NCBI RefSeq assembly: GCF_009834535.1
Contig: NC_045697.1
Coordinates: 80,912,001 to 80,976,000, forward strand
Reading direction: 5' to 3'
Origin: Camelus ferus
Taxonomy: Eukaryota
Length of the DNA: 64,000 bases
A program made the position numbers and the translations under genes. Of the stretch, positions 12,701 through 25,945 are shown piece after piece. Below the pieces are notes generated by a model that worked only from the letters and a program-made list of their open reading frames with translations, made no database searches and had not been told where the DNA came from. Each line of letters opens with the position of its first letter. Position 1 is the first letter of the stretch.

Positions 12701-14487
12701 AAAATTCCAGTTGTCTTTTGCTATTGCAGCTGAATGGACTGTTCCAAGACCTGCTTCTATAGACATTCTCTTAAGGATTTCTCTTCTAGGCTGACTCCAA
12801 GTAGTCCATACACTGAGAAATAAATCACAGAAAATTTTTAACTTTGGGGAAAATCCCATGATCTTTTTCAGACATTCTAAAGGCCATTATGATGGGACAG
12901 CCAACAGAGTGACAGCTGGACTCTGTAGGTCTCTACATCTCAGTTCAAAGTTCACTCCTTCATCTCCTTGCTGGGTAGTGATTCTGTGCCATTAGTTTTC
13001 CTGGAGCCTCTGAGTAAGAGATACACATCAGGAAGCTTGTCAGAGCATTGTTATCCTAAAATACCGTATTCTATTGACACACACAATTCCTTTTCACCTG
13101 AAGTTTAAATTGCTTTTCTTATTTGCTACATCTCAACATGGACCTCTCATTTCATAACTGCTGCAACCGGTGCAGCAGAAGAAGACTGTAAGTGCCTCGG
13201 ATGTGTTTTGTTTGATTTGTTTGTTACACCAACAATGTTTAAAAGAGCAGTTTTAACTTGTAGGTGTTATACTTGGTTACAATACAAGCATCTTAGCACG
13301 AATTGTCTTTCATCCTACCTATTTCTGGCATTTATGTTAAATGCACACCTTCTGCATGTACTTGGTTTGTGACCCTTACCCTACAGGGTTAAGAGCAACA
13401 ATAAAAGCACATGCGTGGTACAAAAGTAGGCCGGCAAAGGAAAAGCTGAGGTGGCATGTGTAGGGCATGGGAAGGAGGAGTATCTTATCAAAACCTTCCT
13501 GTAGAGATCTTCCCAAACAGAAACAAATTTGCCATTTTTCCAGGTTGACTTGGCAGAGAAAACAACATAATCAAAGGCATAACATGAACGAATGGAGTAT
13601 TTTCAAGGATGTAAAGGCAGTGTGGTACTAATGGTACGTAATGTTTGCAGGCAAGAAAGACCCCAAGTGCCAATGGTAAGGGTTTTGGAATTACCTTAGA
13701 CAGTAGGGAATTAGGATACCATTTGATGCCATAGAAACTAATGACCTGACTTTCATTTTAAAAAGAGCTCCTTGGCAGATTGTAGATCATGAATTAAAAG
13801 GAAGTAAAGCCAGAAGAACTATTATGCCATTTTTCCATGGCATTCACACAAATTCAGAATCCACTATGCTACTTTGACCTTGATCTCTGAAATCTTTTAC
13901 TACAACCACCTGCTCATTTACGTCTCCCAGTAAATGCAACCCTCATTATCTTTTTTAAGACTGATAGCTCCTTAATCTTTCTTCCTGGTCCAAGCCTATT
14001 CTTCCTTCTTGGCTTCACTTCTATCCCTGTTCCGCCTTGTTTCAACTATACTCTCACCAACACCTCAGATTCCTTTCACCCCTTAACCTGAGCCCAATCT
14101 TTATCTTCCAATCCTTTTACTCACTCCTAGTTAACTCCCTCTACCTGGAAGTTATAAAAATCTCTCTAAAGACTTGTTAAAATTTTTAAACCTCAGACCC
14201 AAAGAAACAGAATCACCAACAAAATTTGGCTTTTAAAATAATATTCTAATTGATTCTTTTAATCTGGTTAATTTAGAAAACAATGCATAGATAAATTCAT
14301 AATTCCCTAACAGGAACTCCTATGAATTTATTCTACTGCCTAAAGCTGGAGCTCAGCCCTCCACCCTAATTTGCCTAAATTTAACACCAAAAGAATGAAG
14401 CAACTTCATTATTTTTTATTTTCTTGCAATAATCCTCTATCCATTTTCCCCTTCCTGACCCTCTTTTTTCCCAAAGCCTAATCTATC

Positions 14488-14927
14488 TGTTATAGACTGA
14501 ATGTTTATGTACCCACTCCCCTAGCTCCATGCATATGTTGAAGCCCTAACCACCAATGTGATTGTATTTGGAGATAGAACCTTTATGGAAGTAATAAAGG
14601 TTAAATGAGATCATAAGGCTGAGGCCCTGATCTGATAAAATTAATGTTTTCATAAGAAGAGACAATAGAGAGGGACCTCTGAGAAAGCCCTCTTCCCCTC
14701 CGACCCCCCTATCTCTCTGCCTCTGTCTCTTTCCAAGGAAAGGCCATGTGAGACCATACCCAGATGGTGGCTGCCTGCAAGCCAGGAGGAGAGCCCTCAC
14801 CAGAAACCAACCATGCTGACACCCTTATCTCAGACGTAGTCTTCAGAACTGTGATTAAGTGAATTTCTGTTGTTTAAGTTCCCCAGCCTGTGGTACCTTC
14901 TTATGGCAACCTGAGCAGACTACTAGA
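14488..14927 (+). mobile_element. MaLR solo LTR (MLT1A-like)
   Basis: Starts TGTTATAGACTGAATGTTTATGT. Internal catatgttgaagccctaacc and ctgcaagccagg..gagccctcaccaga. Ends ttctgttgtttaag...ctgagcagact. Flanks ctatc/ccatc match 4/5 as a TSD. Confidence 0.85.
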
Positions 14928-16024
14928 CCATCCTTTTCTTATTCTTGACTCAGCCCCCTCTTTTCTCCTCTGAGATAAGCATATATTGTATTCCTACTAA
15001 GTGCACAATGAGATAAATGGGGCTCCTGCTCTCATGAAGCTGAGCCTGTGTGGAGAGGATCAAATGTTAGATAATTTACTCTTTCTTTTACGTCTCTTTT
15101 TCTCTTTCCTTCCTGTGGTTAATCACTCTCCCTCCATCTCTGTCTCCCTTCACCTCTCTCTCTTTCATACATACCTCCCCTTTTTGGTAGCACTTCCTTC
15201 TCCTTGAGCCCTGGGCCATCTCTATCCCTTTGAACTCATTCTCAAGAAAGAAATCTCTCTTTTTAACCTTTCAAGTTACTTGCCAATCCCTTCTCCCTGT
15301 GACATCCAAGACACTCAAAAGAATAGTCTTCAAAATGCATTCACCTTCCTCACTGATTTTGTCTTAAAGAAAGATCTTATAATCTGTTGTTTTTGTTTTG
15401 TTTTATAACCTATTGAAATGTTGATCTCTCTCTTTGGTTCATTTTCCTCTGTTCTGATCACTACTTCCCATTCCCTATGAGGTAAAGTCTAAAGTCAGGC
15501 TCCAGTTGGCACCTTTCACCATCTCTATCTCAAACCAAGGAATTCAGTGTCATCTTTCTCATACACCTGACTCACTTTTTCCACCTCTGTTTCCACATGA
15601 AAAAGAATTTCTTTCTAACCTACAGGACTAAGCTAACAAATCACCCTTTTTGAGGAGCCTTACTTGGCATTCCTCTGGCTTGGGTTCCCAAAACACTGGG
15701 AATACTTGTAATGATATGTTTATAGGTTTAGTAGACAGGCAGTACCCCTGTTTTTTATATTTGTAATTCCAGGAACTTACTGAATATTCACTAAATATCT
15801 GATGAATGGATAAATGAAAACAAGCTACCTTTTCAATTCTATCTTGTACCGTGTAATCCAGTTTCTCATTTAAATATAACTAACATTAACTTTTGTGTTT
15901 TTTAATACTTTTCCTAACGCTCCTTACTCAACCAGGAACATCCTGACCAGACTGCCCTGCCCAAAACTGACTTGCTTGCCTAACTCCAAAGGCAGCACCA
16001 TCTTTACCCATTAAATGGAATTTA

Positions 16025-16193
16025 TTTATTTATTTTAAATTAATTTATTATTGTTATTTATTTATTTTTTATTGCAGCTGGGAGGTAACTAGATTTTATT
16101 GTCTAGTTTTAGAGGAACTCCTGGGGATTGAACCCAGGACCTCATGCATTATGCTAAGCATGCGCTCTACCACTTGAGCTATACCCTACCCGC
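16025..16193 (-). mobile_element. tRNA-Ala-derived SINE (camelid vic-1-like)
   Basis: Minus strand GGGTATAGCTCAAGTGGTAGAGCGCATGCTTAGCAT..GAGGTCCTGGGTTCAATCCC (Pol III A and B boxes) with an A-rich tail. 13-bp TSD taaatggaattta at 16012-16024 and 16194-16206. Confidence 0.9.
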
Positions 16194-16334
16194 TAAATGG
16201 AATTTAAAATGAATATTTTTGCTGTAGCAGATAATTCTGTTTTACCGAACCTAAATCACCAGTGCTGGATTTAAAGGCAGAAATGGGAGAAAGATGTAAA
16301 ATTAGAATTAAAATGTTTCTACATTTCAACTTCA

Positions 16335-16580
16335 ATACTACTATTACTACTACCACTTTTTCTGAGCAATTAGTGTAACACTAAAACACTATTATAACTA
16401 TCTTTCATGTGTCATTAATTTAATCTTCACAAAAACCCTATGAAGTACAAACTGTCATCATTTTAGAGATCAGGAAATTAAGAGACTGATGGTCAGTAAC
16501 TTGTCTAGTAAAATGATCTAGACTCTAGAAAACTAAGATTTGGATCCAGGCATCCTAATTCTAGAACCTGAGCTTTTTGA
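16335..16580 (-). mobile_element. MIR SINE
   Basis: tttaatcttcacaaaaaccctatgaagt...attttagagatcaggaaatt...agtaacttgtcta...gatttggatccaggc. Confidence 0.7.
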
Positions 16581-17220
16581 TCAGGAAGCTTTATTTCATC
16601 ACCATTTTCTAAGCCTGTTTAATCAAATTGCATATGTAATCAAACTGCCCTCAAGCAGTATAAAATGTTAATTTAATGAGAGGTAATTTGAGAATAGCCC
16701 AGGACTGTCTTACTTACTTAGAGATAAGTATTATGGCAAATATGAAATCCACTGGAATACAATATGTTATCCAACCCAATGATTGCTGTTATAGAGAACA
16801 TAAAAATTATTTTTTGGCATATTTATTACTTCACTTACAGGTGAAGTAATTCTGCAAGATGTTTACAGAGCATTGTGGAGGATTATTACAGGTAAGTTTT
16901 CCTGTAATGAGCCATGATGCTACCATTTATACTACTTTAAGTTGCTTTGCACAGAAAAGGATCCAAATCAACAAATTATCAAATTATAATAAAAACGGAG
17001 TCTTACTACCATGGAGTCTATCCTACCGTGTGTTCTGTAATGACTCAATTATCCTCACATTTTTCTTTACTTGAACTACTGCAAAACTTTCCTTCTACAT
17101 CGTCCTATGCTATTATTTGACCTTCATTTGATAAGAACACACCTATGAACACAAATGCAAATGTGGGTCCTAGGATAAAAGACTGCCTTCCAAAAGCTAC
17201 AGAATGCACACAAATTAACT

Positions 17221-17769
17221 TAGTTTCTTGTAGAGAATTCTAGGATGCCAAAGAATACATACCGGGTGGAGAAATTCTGGCCTAGATGAAAAACAGGCCA
17301 TTCCCATGAACACACACACTGTTCATGATGTCTTAATGTTAGGGCAGGCAGATAGCTAGATATAAGCAGAGAAACGGGGACATGGGCCAAATGGCAGGAA
17401 TCATACATTTTGTGAACTAGGGTCCTTGAGCAGACAAAGGAAAAGCAGGAACCTCTGAACTGATAAGAAATCACACATTTTGGGGTAAGTATCCTGGAGG
17501 CAGACAAAGAAAGATGAGAGAAGGCAAGAATCTCTGGTGTCCAAATGTAACCTTTTGCTCATTGTGCCCTCATTTCAATAAAATTAGCCTTGCAGAGTAG
17601 AAGTACCCATCGTGCACTGACACCATGGCACTTTCGATCCAGACTAAATAAGGACAAAATCCCTCCTCCCCTCAGGAAGGTGGAGCTGGGATGGAAATCA
17701 GGGAATTGTCTGTCTAATTTTTTTTAACCCCTCAGAGGTGAATGAGGAGGAGTGTTAGATCTTCCTACA
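17221..17769. mobile_element. Possible solo LTR, family not recognised
   Basis: ~550-bp block ending ...CTACA and flanked by taact (17216-17220 and 17770-17774). AATAAA at 17577-17582. The left end reads TA rather than TG. Confidence 0.35.
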
Positions 17770-18709
17770 TAACTGGAGTTTAGAGTGTTTAATAACAGCT
17801 AACCTAAAGGTGAGTAGGTTAGAAGAGAAGAAAAACAGTATGTGTGGGGATGGTGGGGGGTGTTTAAAAGTCCTGCACTGCGAGTCAGGAGGCATGGAAA
17901 CCAGGCACTAACTCATTGTGTTGAGTTGAAGCAAATCAGTTCATTGCTTTGTTCATCATTTTCCTTTTTTTCAAACATGGTGGTTGGACTAGACCAGAGG
18001 TCTCTGTTGTCCAGTTCAGATTTAGGGTCTTAGGATTCTGTGAGACGACTGCTACCCTGGTGTCCACGCTGTGGGGTCTCACTGAGGTATTTTAATAAGT
18101 AACTGTCTGCCCTCTTGGGTACAGTTTAAGACATAACTTTTTTTCTGCTGTACTAAGTGGCACATACATTGTGTTTCAGTTTCTGTTTTTGGAAGGTGGG
18201 GTGGAATCTTTTCTTCTTGGGAACAACTTGTTTCACTTTGTCTTTTAAAGGGCTTGATGGAGATGAATGCTAAGTTTAAACCAGGAAAAGCAATTTTAAC
18301 CCCACACCCTAAAAATCACCTTTCAGGGAAATAATATTTCACATTAGTCAAGAAGCAGTAAATCTTAAGATAATAACTTGTCATCTGTGTGTGTCTAGTC
18401 CTTATTTCACAATATAGGGTAAAATGCTACAGTGTGTGTATTTAATGCAATTGTCAGTGACAACTAAAAGTAGGCAGTTTGAACTAAGAAATGTCAGAAT
18501 CATCGATCCTAAATAAGAGAAACCTTGTGTATATTATGAACTGTATATTATGATGTTAGTCAAATGTGGATGGTTATTTCTTATAAATAACTTGAAACAT
18601 ATCCTTGTATATCAGATTTAATAACTTCCAAACTTTGTATTCATAAGAATCATCTGTAGCTTGTGCTAAAACTACTGATTCCTGATCACCACCCCTCACT
18701 TCGGGCGTC

Positions 18710-19330
18710 ATTTTCTAGTCACTCACACCTTGGTTGCACATTGAAATCACTAAGAAGCTTTAAAAAATACTCATGCCCGTGAAATAAGTCACAGAGAGAA
18801 AGGCAAATGCCATATGACCTCATTTATATGTGGAATCCAAGAAACAAACAAACAAACAAGAACTCATAAAGAACAGATTGGTGGTTCCCCAAGGGGTGGG
18901 TGGGGCAAAATGAGTGAAACAGGTCAGAAGGTACAAACTTCCAGTTATATAATAAATAAGTCATGGGGATGTAATGCACAGCATGGTGATGATAGCTAAT
19001 AGTACCATGTTGATATTTAAAAGTTGCTGAGAGAATAATTCTTAAAAGTTCTCCTCACAAGATAAACATCGTTTGTTGACTATGTGTGGTGCTAGCAGTT
19101 AACAGGGCTTATTGTGGTGATCATTTCATAGTATATACAAATACCAAATCATTATGTTGTATACCTGAAACTCATATAATGTTATATGTCAATTGTATTT
19201 CACAAATAAATATAAAAAAATACTTATGCCTGGGCTGAGCCTTGGAGATTTTGTGGTGTGGCCTGGATATTTGGGTTTTTAAATGTGCCCCCGGGTGATT
19301 CTATGGGGCAGGAGAAGTTGGAAATCACTG
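18710..19330. mobile_element. MER5-type hAT MITE split by an L1 insertion
   Basis: Left half ttggttgcacattgaaatcact..gctttaaaaaatact; right half tttttaaatgtgcccccgggtgattcta...gttggaaatcactg. Confidence 0.7.
18778..19214 (+). mobile_element. 5'-truncated L1 3' end (older laurasiatherian/L1MA-type 3'UTR)
   Basis: gtgaaataagtca...atatgtggaatc, gtacaaacttccagttat, tgttgtatacctgaaact. 16-bp TSD aaaaaatact(c/t)atgcc at 18762-18777 and 19215-19230. Confidence 0.85.
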
Positions 19331-19599
19331 CCCTAGGGGACAAAGCAAGGGATGATCTGCTTCAAATTTACCCAAAGTTCCCTAATCATCAGGCAAGTTT
19401 GTAGAACTTCAGATGATCTTCAGATGGTCATCTTCAGTGACAGTGATCATCTTCCCAAGATGTCTTCAGAACGCTTGTGGGGTTAATTTACATAATGTTC
19501 AGGATCCTGGCCCCATATCACACCTGTCTTCTGGTTCACTGTCACTCCGGTGCACCTGGCTGACCTTCAACACAATGATTTTGTTGCATTAGGCTTCCT

Positions 19600-19745
19600 A
19601 ACCAGTAGATGCTCTTGAAAGTGCAGTGAGCCCCACCCCAGACCTAAGGAATGGGAATCTCTGAAGGTGAAGTGCAGACATTTGCATTTCTGACAATCTT
19701 CCTGGGTGATACCTGGGTACAGTGTAACTACAGCATTAAAACTAG
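19600..19745. mobile_element. MER5A-like fragment
   Basis: gccccaccccagaccta..gaatctctg...atttgcatttctgacaatcttcctgggtgat. Confidence 0.6.
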
Positions 19746-21109
19746 CCTGGCATGGAGAGCAGAGACAATGAATGGTGGGAGCCCAAGGGGCAGATGTTAA
19801 TATCCTTCTCTCCTTTCGTCCAGTCACAGCACCTTTTCATAGAGCGAAATGAAGCCACTCTGCAGTAATACCAAAGATAGCCTTTGAAAGTCTTCAGTGT
19901 GTGGGTTGTGAGAACTGTACCTATGAAAGGTAAATAGGACTCACGAGTCAATGAAATTGTACCCACCCACTCCACAAATATACTTGATTGTGTATAGACA
20001 TTTAAATTTGGGGACGTGGCCTAAAATTAGGGAAAGCAGGGTTATCAAGACATAGTCACTTTGTAGCTCCTTGATCTTGCTGAGGTTTCTGTGGAACTTG
20101 AACTTGATGGAGATAATGAATTCATTTTCTAGAAAAAAACACTTAAAATATTCACCATTATCATCCAGTTGTACCTTGAGGTATTTTCTTATTTTTACCA
20201 AAGAGCCACTGGGAAAAAAACGCAGAAATTAGTGACTTAAAGTTAAATACTTTTTATAAAATATTCACTTGTTTAACTCCCATCTCCCCTGTGGGACAAT
20301 ACAGGAACTGCATATTCTGTCTTGTCGTTGTGTAACTAGCGCTTGGCCCTGCACCCAACATATAAGTGATTAAAATGTTTGCTTATTTGCAATCAAATAA
20401 AGGCCATGTATATCACTTGCTAAAAATTCTCCAAATACGAAAACTTTTTAAAAATTTTACTTATAACTGGAATGGTGTGGAAAACTGCAGCAGCAGCAGC
20501 AGTGACAATCCAGTGACGTTACACATGGAAATAGAAACTCAGAGATTCCCTTACGGCATTTATTCTGGATAATTGGTACAGACGTTCTAATTAACTATTT
20601 TAGATGTGAGAAGTGATGATTCTTAACTCCCTCATCAAACATCTCAAAGCCCACATTAAGAGCCGGACGAGTTGGTATTCCCTCGCTTTATATTAGCTTT
20701 GTAATTAATACTAGCTATATAATATAGCTTTCTATCTACATGCATATCTATGTTTATATATCTACAGATACAGATGGTTATCAGGCTAGTGAAATATATA
20801 TCTCTATATGGCCTATATGAGAAGTGTAAAGATTATCTAAAGAAGTCTTTGTGATTGCATGACCAACAGCAGATTTAAATTTGACAATTTCTAAGTTTTA
20901 CACTTAATCCGTTTTTAAATTTCTTTACTGGTATTTTATGATTATTTAGAAAATAAGGACAAGTTAATGCAATTTCATACTGGTTAGCGTCGTGTTAATA
21001 GTATTTCACATCAGATAAGAGCAGTGACTGGCCCAACTCTAGTTCCTGACTAACACTTAATAGCTGTACATATGACCTTTTATGGGTCAAGGTCCTGTCA
21101 GGACAGAGA

Positions 21110-21580
21110 GCACCAGTAGCCTGAATGTTACCTTAGTATAAAGTTGTTATTTAGGTTAAATGAAGTCGAATTCTAGATTTCTCAGAGGTTGCAAGTGCTG
21201 GAAGCGGCCCTCATCTCTGATACTAGGGGAACAAAGAGATGGAGTTACTGAAATTTAGAACCTTAGGGAAAGGGCCCCAAGGTCAAGGGACCTGGACCTC
21301 TGAGGAGAGGGGCTTAATGACGCTGGTTCTACAAGCATCAGTTGCAGAGTGGATTCTCATGCAGCTGGAGACAGGAATTCTGCTGTGGGAGTGAGAAACC
21401 TGCGTCCATAGCACGCAGAAGCAGACAAGAAGCCTACAGGAATCCCCCAGGAAACAGTCAGGAAAGAGTGTGCCCCTTCCTCCTCCTTCTCCAGCCTCAC
21501 ACCCCCTCACATGCCCACTCTTGGCAGAAACTAACACAGACCCAGCTGCAGAAACAAAAACCTGGCTTCTCAGCCTGAGA
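21110..21580. mobile_element. Possible old ERVL-type LTR
   Basis: GC-richer block resembling ancient ERVL LTRs (ttggcagaaactaacacagacccagctg). Family uncertain. Confidence 0.35.
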
Positions 21581-21629
21581 ATCACAAAGCACAGGGGAGA
21601 AAGGCCGAGAGATAAGATAAAAACTGGTG

Positions 21630-21880
21630 CAGGGAGCATAGTGGTGAGCATTGCGTGGTAGATAAGAGGATTAGGCCTGGTAGGCTGCCCAAATTTGGTT
21701 CCTGACCCCATCACTTAATAGCTATATGATCTTTGGTTACTTAGGCTTGATAACGTTAATTTGCCCTGGGTATAAAATAGGAACCATGTTAACATCTTAG
21801 AGTTGTGAGGAGTAAATTCAATAACGAGGTAAACTGCTTATCATCCAGGCAGAGTGTGTGACAAACGTTAGCTATTATAA
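21630..21880 (+). mobile_element. MIR SINE
   Basis: gggagcatagtggtgagca...cacttaatagctatatgatctttgg...gttgtgaggagtaaatt...aaacgttagctattat. Confidence 0.7.
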
Positions 21881-23336
21881 ATTTTATTTGCATTATTTAG
21901 TAAGATAGTACCTTGGTATTTTTTAACTAAAAACTTCAGACTTACGTTACAGATTAGTAGTTTTCAACTTACGAGTCTCCAATACCTGGGAAGTCTTGGA
22001 TTTGCGGGGTAACATACCTGGAAATTAATATGCATATTTCAAGCAATAAGATTCTGATAAAGTGTATCTACTGTCACTCATTAATTCATAATTTCCCCAT
22101 TATGTGCAGTGTCCCTGTCACTGTAGATCTCAGAGTTCACCAGGAGAGAGAGACAACTAAACAATTACAGTAAAGTAGTATAAAGGTCACGGTAGTGAAA
22201 GAACAGAGTTGGGTAACCAACCTCAACAAGGGCTCAGAGGATATTTTCCAAGGAAGAGAAGCTTGAGACCTGAGCAGACTAGCCAGGCAAAGTTTGCAGG
22301 AACAGAGGCACTCCACATACTTTATAAAATTAAAAATAAAGAATTTAAAAGCAAAAGGTTTCACACCACTAGCAACAACAGAAAAGTGTTCAAGGAACAT
22401 ATTAAGAAGATCTTCAGATGGCACAGTGAGAATGTTTAGTCCTGTTTCTTGAAAGGTTTAGGACAACATCATATTTTTTTTCCCATCCTTCTAGAGAATT
22501 CAGTGGAATACTGAGTAGATAAAGCTCTCTATATATTTGTTGGGAAGTACAGTTCTATAGTTTTGTACTGTTATGGCTCAGGGTCTGTCTGGTGAGATCA
22601 GTATCCATCATCCATTGAAGCCTTGGATTATCAGCTGAGCACCTTGACATTTTGGAACAGATTATAAAGTGGGGAAGGAAGTGAACTGTGTTCTAGTAAT
22701 CCAGAGTATATATCTCTATTATATATATGTTTTCACATTCTGTAATAGACATATGAATAGCTATGTACTCCTACATACAGTAGTAATGGAGCAATGCTTC
22801 CAAGGCTGTTGCATCATATTTTTTTTCCTTCTTGGTCCCTGGTTTTGATTGCACATCCATCGTGTTACAGAAATCAGAGAACTATTGCCATGACCATCGA
22901 CATGTGAACTTGATTATAAAAGATAAATTTTGTATCTAGTTTTCATATATTTGTTGTATAGTTATCATTGCCAGAAAAACCTCAGTCTCTTAGTTCAGTT
23001 GCAGACCTGCCTTTAATGATATTCTCTGAGCTAATAAATCATACCTTGTGCTAGACTATTATTTCTTTATAAAATACATGTGATATTTATTATCAGGCTC
23101 CAAGGATTCTACAAATGATTAGTGAGACAATGATTTCAAAGCTGTCTGGTGTTCCCTGGGAGAAGAGTACATTGCACAAGATGGGCATTAAATAGAAGAC
23201 TGCATCCATATACAGATGAGAAACAATGACAATAACCCTTTACACTTGGTGCACTCTTAAACTGTACTAAAAAGGCAAGAGTATTTTTATAATATTCTCT
23301 ATAATGAGGGAAAGGAGGATAAAACATAAATGTGTC

Positions 23337-23357
23337 TGTGTGTGTGTGTGTGTGTGT
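23337..23357. repeat. (TG)10 microsatellite
   Basis: Direct reading. Confidence 0.95.
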
Positions 23358-24736
23358 TTCCAGCAGAAACTAGCTTGAAGGGGAATAATTGGAAAACACA
23401 GAGATTCCTGACACCTTAATTCCAGTAGAGATGGCATTCCTACGCAGAATGAGATTAATTTTAGGATATATGGAATAACCATAAATTGTTCAGTAATCAA
23501 ATAAGGAAAAAGGCTCAGAAAATTTATTTTTCCAAAGTCACACAAATAGAGAGATGGCCAAGAGAGGACACGTATCTCCCCTTCCAGAGTAAATCAACAG
23601 ATAATAAGCATGTGCCAAGCATCCTTTCTGGGAAATGTCGGAGTAAGGCATGATTCCTCAGGAATATACAATCTAGTATGGTTTCCAGCTCTTCATACAT
23701 TTGTATTGTATCAAGGGCAGCAATTTGAAGGAAGTCATGAATTGAAGGTGATAAAAAAATACACATCCAGAGTGATGTGACATACATATATTTAATATGT
23801 ATTATGTACACACTATATTTCTATATAAATTGGAAAGTTAAAAAAATTTTGGGGGGAAAACAAAGAGAAATGCAACAAGTCAAAGGCAAACAAAATCTAT
23901 GATGAAGAATTTTTGCACTAAGATAGAATAAATAGTCATTGAATTAATATAAGTATTGTACACTAAGATACTATGTCAGTTACACTTTCAAAACACCTGA
24001 CCATCTTTCACTATTCTGTATTTGTCTGTTCTTGTCGTGTGCTCAGCTAAAGATAGGAGTAGCTCCACAGCTAGAAGGCACACTCACATGTACTAAAAGT
24101 CCTTCTCTTTGTGGACTAATTTCCCTTCTTACAGGTGTAGTTAAAATTAAACCCAACCATTTTGTTAGGTAAACTAGTTACTGCTACTTCAGGGTAATTT
24201 CCATAAAGTACTAGTAAGACTAATAATTAGATACCTAAATTTCTAAATGACTTTATTGATTTTCTAATTGCTTAATTCAGTAATTAAGACATCTACAGGG
24301 GAAATGAAAGCACTTAAATCGTTAGAGCTGTGCCAACTACTTTGATTACTTATTTTGTAATGTTTCAGTAGTTGCAACCTCTGTTGCAGGCCAATCCGTG
24401 GTCAGGTTTGCAATCCAGGATCTATGTCATCTGTATTGCTGCTAAAAGCTTAGGCAGTTATTCCATATTATGAGGCTTCTTCCACCGGAATGTATCTTTG
24501 AATACAACAGTAATAGGTTCTATTACAGCACACTTAAGTGGGCTGCTTCTCTATGAGCTCAGTTTCCAGATACTCTTTGTCCATAGTAAGACTGCATTTA
24601 CTACCAGAAAATACTCATAAAATCGAAATATAAAAAATTACCATTTCCAAGCAGGTGTTTTTCAACCTATTATTTGAAATTGACTGAATCACTCCAGTAT
24701 CCAGTAGTATTTATCAACTGCCTATTATGTCCTAAG

Positions 24737-24880
24737 TTTAAGCTTTTTGGGTTTTTTTGTTTGTTTGTTTGTTTGTTTTTAGGTGGAGGTACTGAGGATT
24801 GAACCCAGGACCTCATGTATGCTAAGCGTGGACTCTATCACTGAGCTATACCCCGCCCCCTTAGCTATACCTCCACCCCT
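24737..24880 (-). mobile_element. tRNA-Ala-derived SINE (vic-1-like), short form with duplicated head
   Basis: Same A/B-box head as 16025-16193 with a (CAAA)n tail. 12-bp TSD ttatgtcctaag at 24725-24736 and 24881-24892. Confidence 0.9.
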
Positions 24881-25039
24881 TTATGTCCTAAGCACTCAGG
24901 GTAAATGTCTTTAAAAATTGAGAATCTCACTTCAAAGACATATTTTCAAAAAAAATTATATTGAAGCATATATTTGAGGCTAATATTATTAAAAATTTAT
25001 TTGATTTGAAGGTGAACATACATGTACAAATTAATTTTA

Positions 25040-25945
25040 AAAATACTTTCAAATGTAACTGCCTAAAGATCGTCCTTCAACTATGTTTTGGGATGCCCTT
25101 CAATTATGTTTCCATTTCTCAAACTAGGTTTGGAATTTCCCACTTGGAATTGTTTCTAGAGCAGGTTGACAAGCCACATTAAACATATGTCTCAAACAAT
25201 AATCAGTATCAAGGCTACAAAGAACAAAAGAGCTTTATTTGGTGTCTTAAGAATCATAATTCAAGAGACATGGATTTAGGAAAAATCTGAATGAGTGTTC
25301 CAGAGAAGAGAAAGAGTTAGGGTCTTATAAAGACAAAAGCCACAAAGTTGTTAAATTTGTCTGGCAAGAACTGTGATTGACTTTGACATAAGTCAGGAAA
25401 TATTGGCCCTTAAGGAATCAGGAGTAATTTTAGGGTCTAATAAGTGTCTTGAGCTTCTGGCAGATGTTCTGGATGCCTTCGTTAGGAAAATAAGTGGTCT
25501 AAAAGTCAGATTCTGAGATGTGCATAAGTCATACTTCCTCAGTGGCCTCCCAGCTCCATTTTAACAGAGCTCTCTCACCAATACCAACTTCATTTTGATT
25601 TTCCTTTTGCATAAGATGTTTCTTCATCGTGTTATTTCTTGACCAAAATAGGACCTTACCATCTTGACTCGATCCAGTTCACCAGGCTTGGCTCAGAATG
25701 GCATTTATTTCCAAAAGCAAATTCATTCACAAAAGACAAAGATTTCTTATTATTGAAAATTCTCCTAAGAGTTGTACCACAGGCCTTGATGGCAACCCTT
25801 TAAGATTAGTTCTAGCTTTCTTTACCCGTGGCTACCGTAGACAAGTACAGTTTCCCAAGGTAAGTACTTTGTAGGAAATGATTCATTTGGATGTCTTAAG
25901 TTCCGGTATTTTTGTTAAAACAATCTGTTCCATTAACTTACGATA
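25040..25945 (+). mobile_element. Degraded mariner-type DNA transposon (MARNA-like), interrupted by an LTR
   Basis: 25670-25730 ccagttcaccaggcttggctcagaatggcatttatttccaaaa resembles the decayed mariner PYSPDLAP..F.LFPK coding segment. Left boundary uncertain. Confidence 0.5.
25188..25611 (-). mobile_element. Probable ERV1-type solo LTR
   Basis: TG...CA-bounded ~420-bp block with an antisense poly-A signal (tttatt ~25234) and TATA-like cttataa ~25324 in LTR order. No clear TSD. Confidence 0.5.

Noticed and set aside
16110..16193. tRNA-Ala genes here, at ~24790-24860 and at ~58460-58530
   Set aside because: They have A-rich tails, TSDs and disrupted stems, so they are SINE heads rather than tRNA genes.
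21283..21714. 143-aa ORF and overlapping ORFs
   Set aside because: Runs across LTR-like and MIR sequence with no protein features.
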